From Hydrurus foetidus (lineage: Eukaryota): a DNA stretch of 64,000 nucleotides. The notes beneath the pieces were generated by a model. It saw only the letters and a list, made by a program, of their open reading frames with translations. It did no database searches and had not been told where the DNA came from. The stretch is taken from positions 3,348,001-3,412,000 of the forward strand of contig UYFQ01000001.1 in the NCBI GenBank assembly GCA_900617105.1, in the 5' to 3' direction. Position 1 is the stretch's first letter. The number at the start of each line of letters is the position of its first letter. Below, piece after piece: positions 1-11,734 of the stretch. The position numbers and the translations under genes are program-made.

Positions 1-1
1 C

Positions 2-223
2 TTTTGCTTCATGTTTAGCTGGGTCGAGCTGCTTTTGGCGCGAACCCTGACCAGCGTGAACGCCAAACCCATTGTGGCCACCATGACGCGCACGGTGTCA
101 GCTTCAGGGATGGATTGGGCCACGTTGGCGGCGGCCGGTGTGTTGACCATCGTGCCGGGCGCGATCGTGATCTGGTTTGTGCGCAATTACATTGCTAAAG
201 GCTTCGCCATGGGACGTGTATGA
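2..223 (+). CDS. Carbohydrate (glycerol) ABC transporter permease, C-terminal part; truncated by the window edge
   Basis: Open frame from the window start; C-terminus DWATLAAAGVLTIVPGAIVIWFVRNYIAKGFAMGRV is typical of MalG-type permeases; glycerol locus context. Confidence 0.85.
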   Translation, partial: FCFMFSWVELLLARTLTSVNAKPIVATMTRTVSASGMDWATLAAAGVLTIVPGAIVIWFVRNYIAKGFAMGRV

Positions 224-235
224 GGGAGATTTGCT

Positions 236-544
236 ATGTTTGATTGGATGGCTTGGACCACCCCCGTTGCGGTGTTTTTCGTTTGCATCGCCCTTCTGTT
301 GGCGGCGATGACGGCATGGGAAATAAAGTCACCCACCACGTTGCGCAAAGGGTTTTTGCCCATTGATACGACGCGCGGTGACCGGCTTTTTATCTCCCTT
401 TTATTGATGGCTTATGTAAACCTGGCCTTCATTGGTGTTAGCGGAAAACTGGTGGGTTGGCTGCATCTCCAGGCTGAGCCGTCTATTTGGATAAGTTTTG
501 TGTTTTCTTTGGGCTTAGTGGCGCTGGTGATGCGCAAAGGCTAG
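236..544 (+). CDS. Small integral membrane protein of glycerol ABC locus (DUF2160/GlpU-like)
   Basis: WMAWT...RKGFLPIDTTRGDRLFISLL motif; GGGAGA RBS; lies between permease and binding protein. Confidence 0.8.
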   Translation: MFDWMAWTTPVAVFFVCIALLLAAMTAWEIKSPTTLRKGFLPIDTTRGDRLFISLLLMAYVNLAFIGVSGKLVGWLHLQAEPSIWISFVFSLGLVALVMRKG

Positions 545-637
545 CCACAACGGAACGATTGAGTTTTAAGGATCGGCTTGACCCCCTGGAGCCGTATTAG
601 CCTTTCGACAGGGGTTTACAAACGTAGGAGACGAATC

Positions 638-2368
638 ATGAAATTGCGATATTCGGTATCAGCTATCGTTATTGCCTGTGCCATGACCAGCCATGGCTGG
701 GCTGACGAGGCGGCAGCTAAAAAATGGATCGACAGCGAGTTTCAACCCTCAACGCTGGCCAAAGACAAGCAGGCCGCTGAGATGAAGTGGTTTATAGACG
801 CGGCTAAAAAGCTGCAGGCCAAGGGAGTGAAAGAAATTTCAGTTGTTTCTGAAACGCTGACCACCCACGAATACGAGTCGAAAACACTTGCCAAAGCGTT
901 TGAGGAGATCACGGGTATCAAGGTCAAGCACGACATCATTCAAGAAGGTGACGTGGTTGAAAAACTGCAAACCTCGATGCAGTCAGGCAAAAGCATTTAT
1001 GACGGTTGGATATCTGATTCAGACCTGATTGGTACTCATTACCGTTACGGAAAAATCCTTGCGCTGTCGGACTACATGGTCGGCAAGGGCAAGGAGTACA
1101 CAAATCCTGGCCTTGATTTGAAAGACTTTATTGGCACCAGTTTTACCACCGCTCCAGATAAAAAGCTGTACCAATTGCCAGACCAGCAGTTTGCCAACCT
1201 GTACTGGTTCCGCGCTGATTTATTCGCTAAAAAAGACCTGCAAGACAAATTCAAAGCTAAATATGGCTACGACTTGGGCGTGCCGCAAAACTGGAGCGCG
1301 TATGAAGACATCGCCGAGTTTTTTACCAACGATGTGAAAATGATTGACGGCAAGCCGATTTATGGGCACATGGATTACGGCAAGAAAGACCCGTCACTTG
1401 GCTGGCGCTTTACCGATGCGTGGCTATCGATGGCAGGCACGGCGGACATTGGTATTCCGAACGGCAGGCCTGTTGACGAGTGGGGCATTCGGGCGGACGC
1501 TGACGGTTGTCATCCGCAAGGGGCATCGGTTTCGCGCGGCGGCGCCACCAACTCGCCTGCTGCGGTGTATGCGCTCACCAAGTACATCGACTGGATGAAA
1601 AAATACGCGCCCAAAGAAGCGACTGGCATGACGTTTGGTGAGGCAGGACCGGTGCCTGCACAGGGTCAAATTGCTCAGCAAATCTTCTGGTACACCGCTT
1701 TCACGGCCGATATGGTTAAAACAGGACTGCCAGTCGTGAATGCTGACGGTACGCCAAAATGGCGCATGGCCCCCGGTCCGAATGGTCCGTATTGGAAGCA
1801 AGGAATGCAAAACGGCTACCAGGATGTGGGTTCCTGGACGTTCTTCAAAGATCACAACCCTGACAAGGTGGCAGCGGCTTGGCTTTACGCCCAATTTGTG
1901 ACCAGCAAAACCGTCTCCCTTAAAAAGTCTATTACTGGTTTGACCTTTGTGCGGGACAGCGACATTCGGCACGACTATTTCACACAAAATGCAGCCAAGT
2001 ACGGAGGTTTGATTGAGTTTTATCGGAGCCCAGCGCGGGTGGCTTGGACACCGACTGGCACAAACGTGCCGGATTATCCCAAACTCGCTCAGCTGTGGTG
2101 GAAAAACGTAGCGGTGGCTGTGACCGGTGAAAAAACACCTCAAGCGGCCATGGACAACTTGGCTGAAGAGATGGATCAGGTGATGGCGCGGTTAGAGCGT
2201 TCGGGTATGGCAAATTGCGCGCCCAAGCTCAATCCCAAGGGTGACCCCGAAAAGTACCTGAGCGATAAAGGCGCGCCTTGGAAAAAGCTGGCCAATGAAA
2301 AACCGAAAGGCGAAACCATTGCCTACGAGACGCTTTTGAATGCATGGAAAAACGGCAAAGTCCGCTAA
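638..2368 (+). CDS. ABC transporter substrate-binding protein (glycerol, GlpV-like)
   Basis: AGGAG RBS before ATG 638; signal peptide; extracellular solute-binding sequence; adjacent to glpD. Confidence 0.85.
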   Translation: MKLRYSVSAIVIACAMTSHGWADEAAAKKWIDSEFQPSTLAKDKQAAEMKWFIDAAKKLQAKGVKEISVVSETLTTHEYESKTLAKAFEEITGIKVKHDIIQEGDVVEKLQTSMQSGKSIYDGWISDSDLIGTHYRYGKILALSDYMVGKGKEYTNPGLDLKDFIGTSFTTAPDKKLYQLPDQQFANLYWFRADLFAKKDLQDKFKAKYGYDLGVPQNWSAYEDIAEFFTNDVKMIDGKPIYGHMDYGKKDPSLGWRFTDAWLSMAGTADIGIPNGRPVDEWGIRADADGCHPQGASVSRGGATNSPAAVYALTKYIDWMKKYAPKEATGMTFGEAGPVPAQGQIAQQIFWYTAFTADMVKTGLPVVNADGTPKWRMAPGPNGPYWKQGMQNGYQDVGSWTFFKDHNPDKVAAAWLYAQFVTSKTVSLKKSITGLTFVRDSDIRHDYFTQNAAKYGGLIEFYRSPARVAWTPTGTNVPDYPKLAQLWWKNVAVAVTGEKTPQAAMDNLAEEMDQVMARLERSGMANCAPKLNPKGDPEKYLSDKGAPWKKLANEKPKGETIAYETLLNAWKNGKVR

Positions 2369-2375
2369 GTAAAGT

Positions 2376-2419
2376 CGGGGGATCATCAGGCTGTAGATTT
2401 ACGCTCTGATGACCTCCCG
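2376..2419 (+). other. Intergenic stem-loop after binding-protein gene (mRNA stabiliser or weak terminator)
   Basis: CGGGGGATCATCAG ... CTGATGACCTCCCG imperfect inverted repeat; no U-tract. Confidence 0.45.
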
Positions 2420-2503
2420 GACGATGCGCATCAATGGTTGGCATACGGCACTTCTTGCCGAGCTGGTTCCATCAATTTAACGACTACTAAAGCCACCTGC
2501 CAG

Positions 2504-4123
2504 ATGAATTCAATCGGAGAGCTGTTGACTACAGACAGAAGCGCCCTGATGGGGCGACTTGGGATTGATCAAGGCTATGACGTGGCTGTCATTGGTGGAG
2601 GCGCGACTGGTTTGGGTGTGGCGCTGGACGCTGCTGCGCGTGGATTTTCAGTCGTGCTGGTCGAGTCGCATGACTTTGCCAAGGGCACGTCGTCACGCGC
2701 GACCAAGCTGGTGCATGGCGGGGTTCGCTACCTGGCGCAGGGCAATATTTCATTGGTGCGCGAGGCGCTGCATGAGCGCAGCACGCTGCTGGCCAATGCG
2801 CCGCACCTGGCGCAGCCGCTGGCGTTTGTCATGCCGTCTTACAAGTTTTGGGAAGCGCCGTTTTACGGTGTGGGGCTGAAGATTTATGACGCGCTGGCAG
2901 GCAAAGCCGGGTTAGGTGCGACGGAGTTTTTAAACCGTGATGAGACGCTGGCGCTGCTGCCAAACAGCAAAAAAGACGGCCCGGGCGGGCAACTCAAAGG
3001 CGGCGTGAAGTATTGGGACGGGCAGTTTGACGATGCGCGGCTGGCGCTGGCTTTGGCTCGTACCGCTGCAGCCAAAGGCGCGTTGCTGGTCAACTACTGC
3101 GCGGCCACCGGCTTGATTCACGTGGACGGCAAAGCGGTTGGCCTGCATGTCAAGGATGTGGAAACCGGCAAGGCTTATGCCATCAGAGCCAAAGCCATTA
3201 TTAACGCCACCGGCGTATGGGTCGATCAATTCCGTATGGAAGATGGCCAGGCCATTGGCCGCGATGTGAAAGCCATGGTCGCGCCTAGCCAAGGCGTGCA
3301 TATCGTTGTTGACCGCAGCTTTTTGCCCGCTAGCCACAACCTGAATCACGCCATGCTGATTCCTAAAACCGCTGACGGCCGGGTGTTGTTTGCGGTGCCG
3401 TGGTTGGGTAAAACCATTCTGGGCACAACTGACACGCCGAGGGACGATGTGGTGCGCGAGCCGTTGGCGTTTGAAGAGGAGCTGGATTTTATTTTGAATG
3501 AGTCCGCCCGCTACCTGACGAAAGCGCCAAAGCGGAGTGACGTTAAAAGTATCTGGGTTGGGTTGCGGCCACTGGTCAAGCCGGCTGATGACGACGGCGA
3601 TAACACCAAGGGCTTGTCGCGTGAACACACGATTTTGGTCAGCAAAAGCGGCCTGGTGACCGTGACCGGCGGCAAATGGACAACCTACCGGGCGATGGCA
3701 GAGGATGTTTTAGATAAATGCTTTGCAGCCCATTTGCTGCCCGGCAAGCCCGGTGGCGTAACGGCTGACATGAAACTGGTCGGCGCACGGGCGCCAGATA
3801 GGTATAAAAAACAATCGATCAGCGATGCACCGGGTGTTCATTTGTATGGCGACGAGGCTTCTTGTGTACTGGCGCTGCCAGGCGCTGAGAACGAACTGGG
3901 CGGAGGATTAACTGAGGCGATGGTGCGCTTCGCCGCCCGTTTTGAATACGCTAGAGGCGTTGAAGATGTACTGGCGCGACGCTCACGCTTGCTGTTTTTA
4001 GACGCAGCGCTGGCAAAATCGCTGGCTGCGCCGGTTGCAGCGCTTTTGCAACAAGAAACTGGCGCTGACCCGGCTTTGGACGAGTTTTTGGGGCTGTGCG
4101 ACCAGTATTTGCCACCTAATTGA
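2504..4123 (+). CDS. glpD: FAD-dependent glycerol-3-phosphate dehydrogenase
   Basis: GGGATG FAD motif, GTSSRATKLVHGGVRYL, GGKWTTYR; start taken at ATG 2504. Confidence 0.93.
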   Translation: MNSIGELLTTDRSALMGRLGIDQGYDVAVIGGGATGLGVALDAAARGFSVVLVESHDFAKGTSSRATKLVHGGVRYLAQGNISLVREALHERSTLLANAPHLAQPLAFVMPSYKFWEAPFYGVGLKIYDALAGKAGLGATEFLNRDETLALLPNSKKDGPGGQLKGGVKYWDGQFDDARLALALARTAAAKGALLVNYCAATGLIHVDGKAVGLHVKDVETGKAYAIRAKAIINATGVWVDQFRMEDGQAIGRDVKAMVAPSQGVHIVVDRSFLPASHNLNHAMLIPKTADGRVLFAVPWLGKTILGTTDTPRDDVVREPLAFEEELDFILNESARYLTKAPKRSDVKSIWVGLRPLVKPADDDGDNTKGLSREHTILVSKSGLVTVTGGKWTTYRAMAEDVLDKCFAAHLLPGKPGGVTADMKLVGARAPDRYKKQSISDAPGVHLYGDEASCVLALPGAENELGGGLTEAMVRFAARFEYARGVEDVLARRSRLLFLDAALAKSLAAPVAALLQQETGADPALDEFLGLCDQYLPPN

Positions 4124-4184
4124 TGTACTTGGTTGATATTTTTCGATTTTTTGCAGATTTATAAGGTTTCTACACGGGCTGGTG

Positions 4185-4213
4185 TTGACAGAGCTGTAGC
4201 CTTGAGTGATACT
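4185..4213 (+). promoter_or_regulatory. Sigma70-type promoter of spc operon
   Basis: TTGACA-17 bp-GATACT about 175 bp upstream of rplN. Confidence 0.6.
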
Positions 4214-4388
4214 CGTGGGCTTCGCTTGAAAAAACGATAGACACGACAGTATTTTAGACAACAGCCTAATGGATGCTTTGCAAGTAGTTTGCGAGGCGGA
4301 CGACAGGCCCAAGACTGACTGGTTTGACAAAGCTCCGCAACAAAAAACGGATTTTTGCCCTGCTGGTACAAGTTGGGAACAAATTTAA

Positions 4389-4757
4389 ATGATTCAAACG
4401 CAATCCAAACTAGATGTTGCTGACAATACGGGTGCTAAATCCGTGATGTGCATCAAAGTGCTGGGCGGATCCAAGCGCCGGTACGCCAGCGTGGGTGACG
4501 TCATCAAGGTCAGCATCAAAGAAGCTGCTCCTCGCGGCCGCGTCAAAAAAGGCGAGGTTTACAGCGCAGTAGTCGTTCGTACTGCCAAGGGCATTCGTCG
4601 CGGCGATGGCTCGCTGGTCAAATTCGACGGCAATGCAGCTGTGTTGCTTAACGCCAAGCTGGAGCCAATTGGCACCCGCATCTTCGGACCAGTGACGCGC
4701 GAGCTGCGCACTGAGAAGTTCATGAAGATCGTGTCTCTGGCTCCTGAAGTTCTGTAA
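4389..4757 (+). CDS. rplN: 50S ribosomal protein L14
   Basis: [17 protein letters not shown]...IVSLAPEVL. Confidence 0.99.
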   Translation: MIQTQSKLDVADNTGAKSVMCIKVLGGSKRRYASVGDVIKVSIKEAAPRGRVKKGEVYSAVVVRTAKGIRRGDGSLVKFDGNAAVLLNAKLEPIGTRIFGPVTRELRTEKFMKIVSLAPEVL

Positions 4758-4766
4758 GGGCACGTC

Positions 4767-5087
4767 ATGAATAAAATTCGCAAAGGCGACGAAATCATCG
4801 TCATCACGGGTCGCGACAAAGGCAAGCGCGGCACGATCACGCAGCGCACTGACGACGCTTATGTGCTGGTTGAGGGCATCAACATGGTGAAAAAACACAC
4901 CAAGCCCAATCCACTTAAAGGCATGACAGGCGGCATCGTTCAAAAAAGCATGCCGATTCACCAGTCAAATATCGCGATTTTTAACGCGGTCTCAGGCAAG
5001 GCGGATCGCGTCGGTATTAAGTTGTTGGCTGACGGCAAAAAAGTACGCGTTTTCAAGTCCAGCGGCGACGAGATCAAGGCAGCATAA
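4767..5087 (+). CDS. rplX: 50S ribosomal protein L24
   Basis: [23 protein letters not shown] motif; operon position. Confidence 0.99.
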   Translation: MNKIRKGDEIIVITGRDKGKRGTITQRTDDAYVLVEGINMVKKHTKPNPLKGMTGGIVQKSMPIHQSNIAIFNAVSGKADRVGIKLLADGKKVRVFKSSGDEIKAA

Positions 5088-5089
5088 AT

Positions 5090-5662
5090 ATGGCTAAAAC
5101 CACTACACAACAAGCTGCAACGCAGGCTCGCCTGCAAACGCAGTTCCGCGAGAAAATCGCACCCGCCCTGATTGAAAAGTTTGGTTATAAATCGCCGATG
5201 CAGGTTCCACGCATCACCAAGATCACACTCAATATGGGTGTGAGCGAGGCGGTCGCCGACAAGAAAGTCATGGATAGCGCCGCGGGCGACATGACCAAAA
5301 TCGCAGGCCAAAAACCAGTCGTGACCAAAGCCAAAAAGGCTATCGCCGGTTTTAAAATCCGCGAAGACTTGCCAATTGGTTGCATGGTGACTTTGCGCGG
5401 CGTGAAGATGTATGAGTTCTTGGATCGTTTTGTGACTGTGGCTTTACCTCGCGTTCGTGACTTCCGCGGCATTTCTGGTCGCGCTTTCGACGGCCGTGGC
5501 AACTACAACATCGGCGTGAAAGAGCAGATCATTTTTCCTGAAATTGAATACGACAAGGTAGATGCCTTGCGCGGACTCAATATCAGCATCACCACAACGG
5601 CCAAGACTGACGATGAGTGCAAAGCTCTTCTGACTGCTTTCCGTTTCCCGTTCAAGAACTGA
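5090..5662 (+). CDS. rplE: 50S ribosomal protein L5
   Basis: [29 protein letters not shown]. Confidence 0.99.
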   Translation: MAKTTTQQAATQARLQTQFREKIAPALIEKFGYKSPMQVPRITKITLNMGVSEAVADKKVMDSAAGDMTKIAGQKPVVTKAKKAIAGFKIREDLPIGCMVTLRGVKMYEFLDRFVTVALPRVRDFRGISGRAFDGRGNYNIGVKEQIIFPEIEYDKVDALRGLNISITTTAKTDDECKALLTAFRFPFKN

Positions 5663-5671
5663 GGCTCTCGC

Positions 5672-5977
5672 ATGTCAAAACAAGCATTGCTGCAACGCGA
5701 AATTAAGCGCGACAAATTGGTCGCCAAGTTCGCCAAGAAACACGCAGAACTCAAAAAGACGTCTAGCGACTTCAAGCGCACTGACGATGAGCGGGCTCTG
5801 GCTCGTTTGGCGTTACAAAAGCTGCCCCGTAATGCCAACCCAACTCGTCAGCGTAACCGCTGTGCGATCACGGGTCGTCCACGTGGTACGTTCCGTCAAT
5901 TCGGCTTGGCTCGCGCCAAGATTCGTGAGTTGGCATTTGCTGGTGATATCCCTGGTATCACCAAGGCAAGCTGGTAA
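5672..5977 (+). CDS. rpsN: 30S ribosomal protein S14 (101-aa zinc-free type)
   Basis: [12 protein letters not shown]...IPGITKASW. Confidence 0.99.
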   Translation: MSKQALLQREIKRDKLVAKFAKKHAELKKTSSDFKRTDDERALARLALQKLPRNANPTRQRNRCAITGRPRGTFRQFGLARAKIRELAFAGDIPGITKASW

Positions 5978-5995
5978 GCATAGGAGAACCGCAAA

Positions 5996-6391
5996 ATGAG
6001 TATGAGTGATCCTATCGCCGACATGTTGACACGCATTCGGAACGCACAAATGGTTGAAAAAGCCGTTGTTCAGGTGCCATCATCAAAAGTCAAAGTTGCT
6101 ATCGCGCAAGTTTTGAAAGACGAGGGCTATATTGATGGCTTCTCCATCAAAACCGATGACGGCAAGTCTCAATTGGAAATCGCCCTGAAGTATTACGCAG
6201 GCAAGCCCGTGATTGAGCGCATCGAGCGCGTCAGCCGCCCAGGTCTGCGCGTGTACAAAGGCCATGGCGCCATTCCTCAAGTCATGAATGGCTTGGGTGT
6301 GGCAATTGTCACAACACCGCAAGGTGTCATGACTGATCGTAAAGCGCGTGCTACCGGTATCGGTGGTGAAGTGCTTTGCTACGTAGCTTAA
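5996..6391 (+). CDS. rpsH: 30S ribosomal protein S8
   Basis: [13 protein letters not shown]...GGEVLCYV. Confidence 0.99.
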   Translation: MSMSDPIADMLTRIRNAQMVEKAVVQVPSSKVKVAIAQVLKDEGYIDGFSIKTDDGKSQLEIALKYYAGKPVIERIERVSRPGLRVYKGHGAIPQVMNGLGVAIVTTPQGVMTDRKARATGIGGEVLCYVA

Positions 6392-6416
6392 TCACAGGCA
6401 TTGAGGAGTAACTGAA

Positions 6417-6950
6417 ATGTCCCGTGTAGGAAAAATGCCAGTGTCTGTACCAGTCGGTGTGGATGTGGCCATCAAACAAGACCAGATCAATGTCAAGGGC
6501 GCTTTGGGCGCGTTGGCTCTGGCTCAAAACGCGCTTGTCACCATCACCAATGATGTTGGCAAGCTGAGCTTTGCACCGGCGAACGATTCGCGCGAAGCTA
6601 ATGCCATGTCGGGCACCATGCGTCAGCTGGTGAACAACATGGTGGTCGGTGTGACCAAAGGCTTTGAGAAAAAACTCAGCCTGGTTGGCGTCGGTTACAA
6701 AGCCGCGGCATCAGGCACCAAGTTGAACTTGACGGTGGGCTATTCGCACCCTGTTGATTTCGTGATGCCCGCGGGCATCACTGTGGCAACGCCAACACCG
6801 ACCGAGATCGTGATCAAAGGCTCTGACCGCCAACGCGTTGGCCAGATCGCCGCTGAAGTTCGTGCTGTTCGTCCCCCTGAGCCTTACAAAGGCAAAGGCA
6901 TCCGTTATGCGGATGAGAAGATCACGATCAAAGAAACCAAGAAGAAATAA
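6417..6950 (+). CDS. rplF: 50S ribosomal protein L6
   Basis: MSRVGKMP...[13 protein letters not shown]. Confidence 0.99.
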   Translation: MSRVGKMPVSVPVGVDVAIKQDQINVKGALGALALAQNALVTITNDVGKLSFAPANDSREANAMSGTMRQLVNNMVVGVTKGFEKKLSLVGVGYKAAASGTKLNLTVGYSHPVDFVMPAGITVATPTPTEIVIKGSDRQRVGQIAAEVRAVRPPEPYKGKGIRYADEKITIKETKKK

Positions 6951-6961
6951 GGAGCTGCATC

Positions 6962-7327
6962 ATGTTGACCAAAAAAGAGCAGCGCCTGCGTCGTTCACGT
7001 CAAACCCGGATTCGCATTGCCACGCAAGGCGTTGCCCGTTTGACAGTAAACCGCACCAATCTGCACATTTATGCCAGCGTTATTTCTGGCGACGGCACCA
7101 AGGTTTTGGCTGCCGCATCCACCGCTGAAGTCGAAGTCAAGAAGGAAATTGGCGCTGCCGGCAAGGGCGGCAATGTCGCTGCTGCACAAGCCATTGGCAA
7201 GCGCATTGCTGAAAAAGCAAAAGCTGCTGGTGTAGACAAAGTCGCGTTTGACCGTGCTGGTTTTGCGTACCATGGCCGCGTTAAAGCGTTGGCTGATGCG
7301 GCCCGCGAAGCTGGCCTGCAGTTTTAA
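6962..7327 (+). CDS. rplR: 50S ribosomal protein L18
   Basis: [26 protein letters not shown]. Confidence 0.99.
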   Translation: MLTKKEQRLRRSRQTRIRIATQGVARLTVNRTNLHIYASVISGDGTKVLAAASTAEVEVKKEIGAAGKGGNVAAAQAIGKRIAEKAKAAGVDKVAFDRAGFAYHGRVKALADAAREAGLQF

Positions 7328-7345
7328 GAAGATCGGAATAGACGT

Positions 7346-7864
7346 ATGGCAAAGTTTCAAGCTAAATCAGCAAACGACGCTCCAGACGATGGTCTGAAGG
7401 AAAAGATGATCGCGGTCAACCGCGTGACTAAAGTGGTGAAGGGTGGCCGTATACTAGGTTTTGCCGCACTCACTGTGGTCGGTGACGGTGACGGCCGGGT
7501 TGGCATGGGCAAAGGCAAATCAAAAGAAGTGCCAGCAGCCGTGCAAAAAGCCATGGAAGAAGCGCGTCGCAACCTGAACAAGGTGTCACTTAAAAATGGC
7601 ACGATTCACCACAAAGTGTCGGGTCATTGGGGTGCAGCGAACGTCATGATGATGCCTGCATCCAAGGGTACGGGCATTATTGCCGGTGGTCCCATGCGCG
7701 CTGTGTTTGAAGTGATGGGCATCACCGATATCGTGGCGAAAAGCCATGGTTCTAGCAACCCTTACAACATGGTCCGAGCGACCTTGAATGCGCTCAACAA
7801 CGCTACCACCGCGTCTGATATTGCAGCCAAGCGCGGTAAATCAGTTGAAGAAATTTTCGGCTGA
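7346..7864 (+). CDS. rpsE: 30S ribosomal protein S5
   Basis: [20 protein letters not shown]. Confidence 0.99.
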   Translation: MAKFQAKSANDAPDDGLKEKMIAVNRVTKVVKGGRILGFAALTVVGDGDGRVGMGKGKSKEVPAAVQKAMEEARRNLNKVSLKNGTIHHKVSGHWGAANVMMMPASKGTGIIAGGPMRAVFEVMGITDIVAKSHGSSNPYNMVRATLNALNNATTASDIAAKRGKSVEEIFG

Positions 7865-7887
7865 AGCCGTTTGCCAGGATTTATAAA

Positions 7888-8070
7888 ATGATAGCAGTTA
7901 ACAAATTAAAAGTGCAGCTGATTCGCAGTCCACTTGGGACGAAAGAGTCGCATCGCGGCACTGTGCGCGGTTTGGGTTTGCGTGGAATAAACAGCGTCAG
8001 CGAACTGGAAGATACGCCAGCTGTGCGCGGCATGATCAATAAGATCAGCTACCTGGTCAAGATTGTTTGA
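7888..8070 (+). CDS. rpmD: 50S ribosomal protein L30
   Basis: [25 protein letters not shown]. Confidence 0.98.
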   Translation: MIAVNKLKVQLIRSPLGTKESHRGTVRGLGLRGINSVSELEDTPAVRGMINKISYLVKIV

Positions 8071-8095
8071 GCGCTACCTCCAATAGGAATTCAAA

Positions 8096-8536
8096 ATGGA
8101 ACTGAACGGAATTAAACCTGGCGATGGTGCGAAGCATTACAAGCGTCGCGTTGGCCGCGGTATTGGCTCAGGTATTGGTAAAACTGCTGGTCGTGGTCAT
8201 AAAGGCCAAAAGTCCCGCGCCGGCGGCTATCACAAGGTTGGTTTTGAGGGTGGTCAAATGCCTATGCATCGACGCTTGCCAAAACGTGGCTTTAAGTCGC
8301 ATTTGCTTAAGTTCAACGCTGAAGTCAGTTTGACTGCGCTGGAGTTGCTCGGTTTGCCGAAGGTAGATTTGTTGGCGCTAAAGGCGGCAGGTCTGGTCGG
8401 GCAATTGGCAAAGAATGTCAAAGTGATTAAGTCAGGTACTTTGACTTCACCCGTCAAACTAAACGGCATTGGTGCAACCGCTGGCGCAAAAGCGGCCATT
8501 GAAGCTGCAGGTGGTTCTGTTTCTGCGGCGGCTTGA
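8096..8536 (+). CDS. rplO: 50S ribosomal protein L15
   Basis: [26 protein letters not shown]. Confidence 0.99.
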   Translation: MELNGIKPGDGAKHYKRRVGRGIGSGIGKTAGRGHKGQKSRAGGYHKVGFEGGQMPMHRRLPKRGFKSHLLKFNAEVSLTALELLGLPKVDLLALKAAGLVGQLAKNVKVIKSGTLTSPVKLNGIGATAGAKAAIEAAGGSVSAAA

Positions 8537-8563
8537 CAGCGTAGTTCTTTGACGGATTGAACA

Positions 8564-9883
8564 GTGGCAACTAACGCAGCTCAAATTGCAAAAACCGGCA
8601 AGTTCGGTGACCTGCGTAATCGCCTGATATTTTTACTATTGGCGTTGGTGGTTTACCGCATCGGAGCTCATATCCCGGTACCTGGGATCGACCCTGGCCA
8701 GTTGAAAGAGCTGTTTAAGGGCCAGTCGGGCGGGATATTGAACTTGTTCAACATGTTCTCCGGCGGTGCTTTGTCTCGATTTACCGTATTTGCCCTCGGC
8801 ATCATGCCGTATATTTCTGCGTCGATCATCATGCAGTTGTTAACGTACGTTTTGCCGACGTTTGAGCAGCTAAAAAAAGACGGTGAAAGCGGACGCAGAA
8901 AAATTACCCAGTACACAAGATACGCGACCTTAGGCTTGGCGCTGTTTCAGTCCATTGGAATCGCAGTTGCACTCGAGAGTTCGCCGGGTTTGGTTTTGTC
9001 ACCTGGTTTTGGTTTTCGTTTGACTGCTGTTGTGAGTCTCACTGCTGGAACTATGTTTTTAATGTGGTTAGGCGAGCAGATTACCGAGCGCGGTTTAGGT
9101 AATGGAATCTCGATCCTGATTTTCGCGGGAATTGCCGCAGGGCTGCCAAGCGCAGTCGGGGGGTTGCTGGAATTAATTCGCACGGGGGCGATGAGCATTT
9201 TGGTAGCTATTGCGATCATTGCGGTTGTTGCCCTGGTTACCTACTTTGTTGTGTTTGTTGAGCGCGGGCAGAGGAAAATCCTTGTGAACTACGCGCGGCG
9301 GCAAGCTGGTAACAAAGTGTATGGTGGCCAGTCGTCTCATTTGCCGCTTAAGCTAAATATGGCGGGTGTGATACCGCCGATATTCGCCTCTTCCATTATT
9401 TTGCTGCCCGCGACCGTGGTTGGTTGGTTTAGTACAGGCGAGAGCATGCGCTGGTTAAAGGATATTGCTAGCACCTTAACGCCCGGGCAGCCGATTTACG
9501 TGATGCTTTATGCGGCAGCCATTGTATTTTTCTGCTTTTTTTATACTGCGCTTGTTTTTAACAGTCGGGAAACCGCTGATAACTTGAAGAAAAGCGGCGC
9601 ATTTATTCCTGGCATAAGACCCGGAGATCAAACAGCCAAGTACATTGACAAAATTTTGGTGCGGCTAACGTTGGCGGGCGCCGTTTACATCACATTCGTT
9701 TGTTTGTTGCCAGAGTTTTTGATATTGAAATATAACGTGCCGTTTTATTTTGGCGGTACGTCGTTGATGATTATTGTGGTGGTGACCATGGATTTCATGG
9801 CACAGGTTCAGAATTACATGATGTCGCAGCAGTATGAGTCGTTGCTTAAAAAAGCAAACTTCAAGACTACGCTCGGTGGCTAG
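8564..9883 (+). CDS. secY: Preprotein translocase subunit SecY
   Basis: [31 protein letters not shown] start. Confidence 0.99.
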   Translation: MATNAAQIAKTGKFGDLRNRLIFLLLALVVYRIGAHIPVPGIDPGQLKELFKGQSGGILNLFNMFSGGALSRFTVFALGIMPYISASIIMQLLTYVLPTFEQLKKDGESGRRKITQYTRYATLGLALFQSIGIAVALESSPGLVLSPGFGFRLTAVVSLTAGTMFLMWLGEQITERGLGNGISILIFAGIAAGLPSAVGGLLELIRTGAMSILVAIAIIAVVALVTYFVVFVERGQRKILVNYARRQAGNKVYGGQSSHLPLKLNMAGVIPPIFASSIILLPATVVGWFSTGESMRWLKDIASTLTPGQPIYVMLYAAAIVFFCFFYTALVFNSRETADNLKKSGAFIPGIRPGDQTAKYIDKILVRLTLAGAVYITFVCLLPEFLILKYNVPFYFGGTSLMIIVVVTMDFMAQVQNYMMSQQYESLLKKANFKTTLGG

Positions 9884-9910
9884 ATAGATTTAAGTTTTAG
9901 GAGAATAGAC

Positions 9911-10024
9911 ATGAAAGTTTCAGCTTCGGTCAAGAAAATTTGCCGCAACTGCAAGGTTATTCGTCGCAAGGGCGTCGTTCGCGTGATCTGTACAGACCCG
10001 CGTCACAAACAGCGTCAAGGCTGA
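9911..10024 (+). CDS. rpmJ: 50S ribosomal protein L36 (zinc-ribbon type); too short for the ORF track
   Basis: Manual translation [45 protein letters not shown]. Confidence 0.98.
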
Positions 10025-10048
10025 TTTCAAGAGTTTTAGAGGATTCAT

Positions 10049-10414
10049 ATGGCTCGTATCGCTGGTATCAATATTCCGCCGCAGCAACATGCTGAAATTG
10101 GCTTGACCGCTATTTTTGGTATTGGCCGCACGCGCGCTCGCAAAATTTGCGAAGCATGTGCAATTGCTTACTCCAAGAAAGTCAAAGACCTGACCGATGG
10201 TGACTTGGAAAAAATACGTGACCAGATCGCTCTGTTCACGATCGAAGGTGACTTGCGTCGTGAAACCACGATGAACATCAAGCGTTTGATGGACATCGGC
10301 TGTTACCGCGGTTTCCGTCATCGCCGTGGTTTGCCCATGCGCGGCCAGCGCACGCGTACTAATGCCCGTACCCGCAAGGGCCCGCGCAAGGCCGCAGCGT
10401 CCCTGAAGAAATAA
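10049..10414 (+). CDS. rpsM: 30S ribosomal protein S13
   Basis: [10 protein letters not shown]...[13 protein letters not shown]. Confidence 0.99.
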   Translation: MARIAGINIPPQQHAEIGLTAIFGIGRTRARKICEACAIAYSKKVKDLTDGDLEKIRDQIALFTIEGDLRRETTMNIKRLMDIGCYRGFRHRRGLPMRGQRTRTNARTRKGPRKAAASLKK

Positions 10415-10437
10415 GCAAGAGATAGGTAAAGAACACC

Positions 10438-10842
10438 ATGGCAAAAGCACAAAACAACACGGCTGCACAGCGTGTCCGCAAGAAAGTTCGCAAGAACGTT
10501 GCCGACGGCATTGCACACGTGCATGCATCGTTCAACAACACCATCATCATGATCACCGATCGTCAAGGCAATGCTTTGTCGTGGGCATCGTCTGGCGGTC
10601 AAGGCTTCAAAGGCTCACGCAAGTCAACTCCTTTCGCCGCTCAGGTGGCTTCAGAAGTAGCGGGTCGTGCGGCGATTGAGCAGGGCATCAAAAACCTTGA
10701 CGTTGAAATCAAAGGCCCGGGCCCGGGACGCGAGTCGTCGGTTCGTGCCTTGGGCGCGCTCGGCATTCGTATCAATTCGATTGCTGACGTTACTCCGGTG
10801 CCGCACAACGGTTGCCGGCCGCAGAAGCGCAGGAGAATTTGA
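10438..10842 (+). CDS. rpsK: 30S ribosomal protein S11
   Basis: [20 protein letters not shown]. Confidence 0.99.
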   Translation: MAKAQNNTAAQRVRKKVRKNVADGIAHVHASFNNTIIMITDRQGNALSWASSGGQGFKGSRKSTPFAAQVASEVAGRAAIEQGIKNLDVEIKGPGPGRESSVRALGALGIRINSIADVTPVPHNGCRPQKRRRI

Positions 10843-11017
10843 TCGCTTCGCGATCAGGTTTCGTCGTATTTAGTTTCGTTGTTTTGCGTCGCATCGCTCA
10901 AACAGGGCGTTTAGGCGACAGAGCGTTTTACCAAAGCCCACCGCCGCTAAGCTAAAACTTCACAGTTCAAGCCGAAGGCTCCTGCAGCAATGCAGCAGAT
11001 GATAAAAGGATTTACAA

Positions 11018-11641
11018 GTGGCACGTTACCTAGGCCCCAAGGCCAAATTGTCTCGCCGTGAAGGTACGGACTTATTCTTAAAAAGCGCTCGCCGCGCTAT
11101 CGCTGACAAAGCCAAGTTTGACTCCAAACCCGGTCAACATGGCCGTACTTCTGGGACCCGTACATCAGACTACGGTCTACAGCTGCGTGAAAAGCAGAAG
11201 GTCAAGCGCATGTACGGCGTGCTGGAAAAGCAGTTCCGCCGTTACTTTGAAGAGGCTGATCGGCGCAAAGGTAATACTGGCGCGAACTTGTTGTTCATTC
11301 TTGAGTCACGTCTTGACAACGTTGTGTACCGCATGGGGTTTGGTTCAACCCGAGCTGAAGCGCGTCAGTTGGTGTCGCACAAGGCGATCGTTGTCAATGG
11401 CGGTTCGGTGAACATTCCTTCGTATATGGTCAAAGCCGGTGACGTGATTGCTGTGCGCGATAAGTCCAAAAAACAAACCCGTGTGGCTGAAGCCCTGCAA
11501 CTTGCAACGCAAGTCGGCATGCCTTCATGGGTTGACGTAAGCATTGACAAAGGCGAAGGCACTTTCAAGAAGGTGCCTGACCGTGACGAGTTCGCGGCCG
11601 ATGTTAATGAGTCATTGATCGTTGAGTTGTACTCACGCTAA
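11018..11641 (+). CDS. rpsD: 30S ribosomal protein S4
   Basis: [29 protein letters not shown] start. Confidence 0.99.
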   Translation: MARYLGPKAKLSRREGTDLFLKSARRAIADKAKFDSKPGQHGRTSGTRTSDYGLQLREKQKVKRMYGVLEKQFRRYFEEADRRKGNTGANLLFILESRLDNVVYRMGFGSTRAEARQLVSHKAIVVNGGSVNIPSYMVKAGDVIAVRDKSKKQTRVAEALQLATQVGMPSWVDVSIDKGEGTFKKVPDRDEFAADVNESLIVELYSR

Positions 11642-11734
11642 TTTCGTTCCTGCGATTTCTGTGCCTGCGTTGGCGGGACGGGAGTCGTTGGCCTTATCGG
11701 TGTAACGAACCGAGGGTATTCATAGGAAGATTGC

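Noticed and set aside
9884..9910. No infA between secY and rpmJ, and no S10 operon upstream of rplN
   Set aside because: Lineage-level variation in ribosomal gene order; no remnant or scar visible
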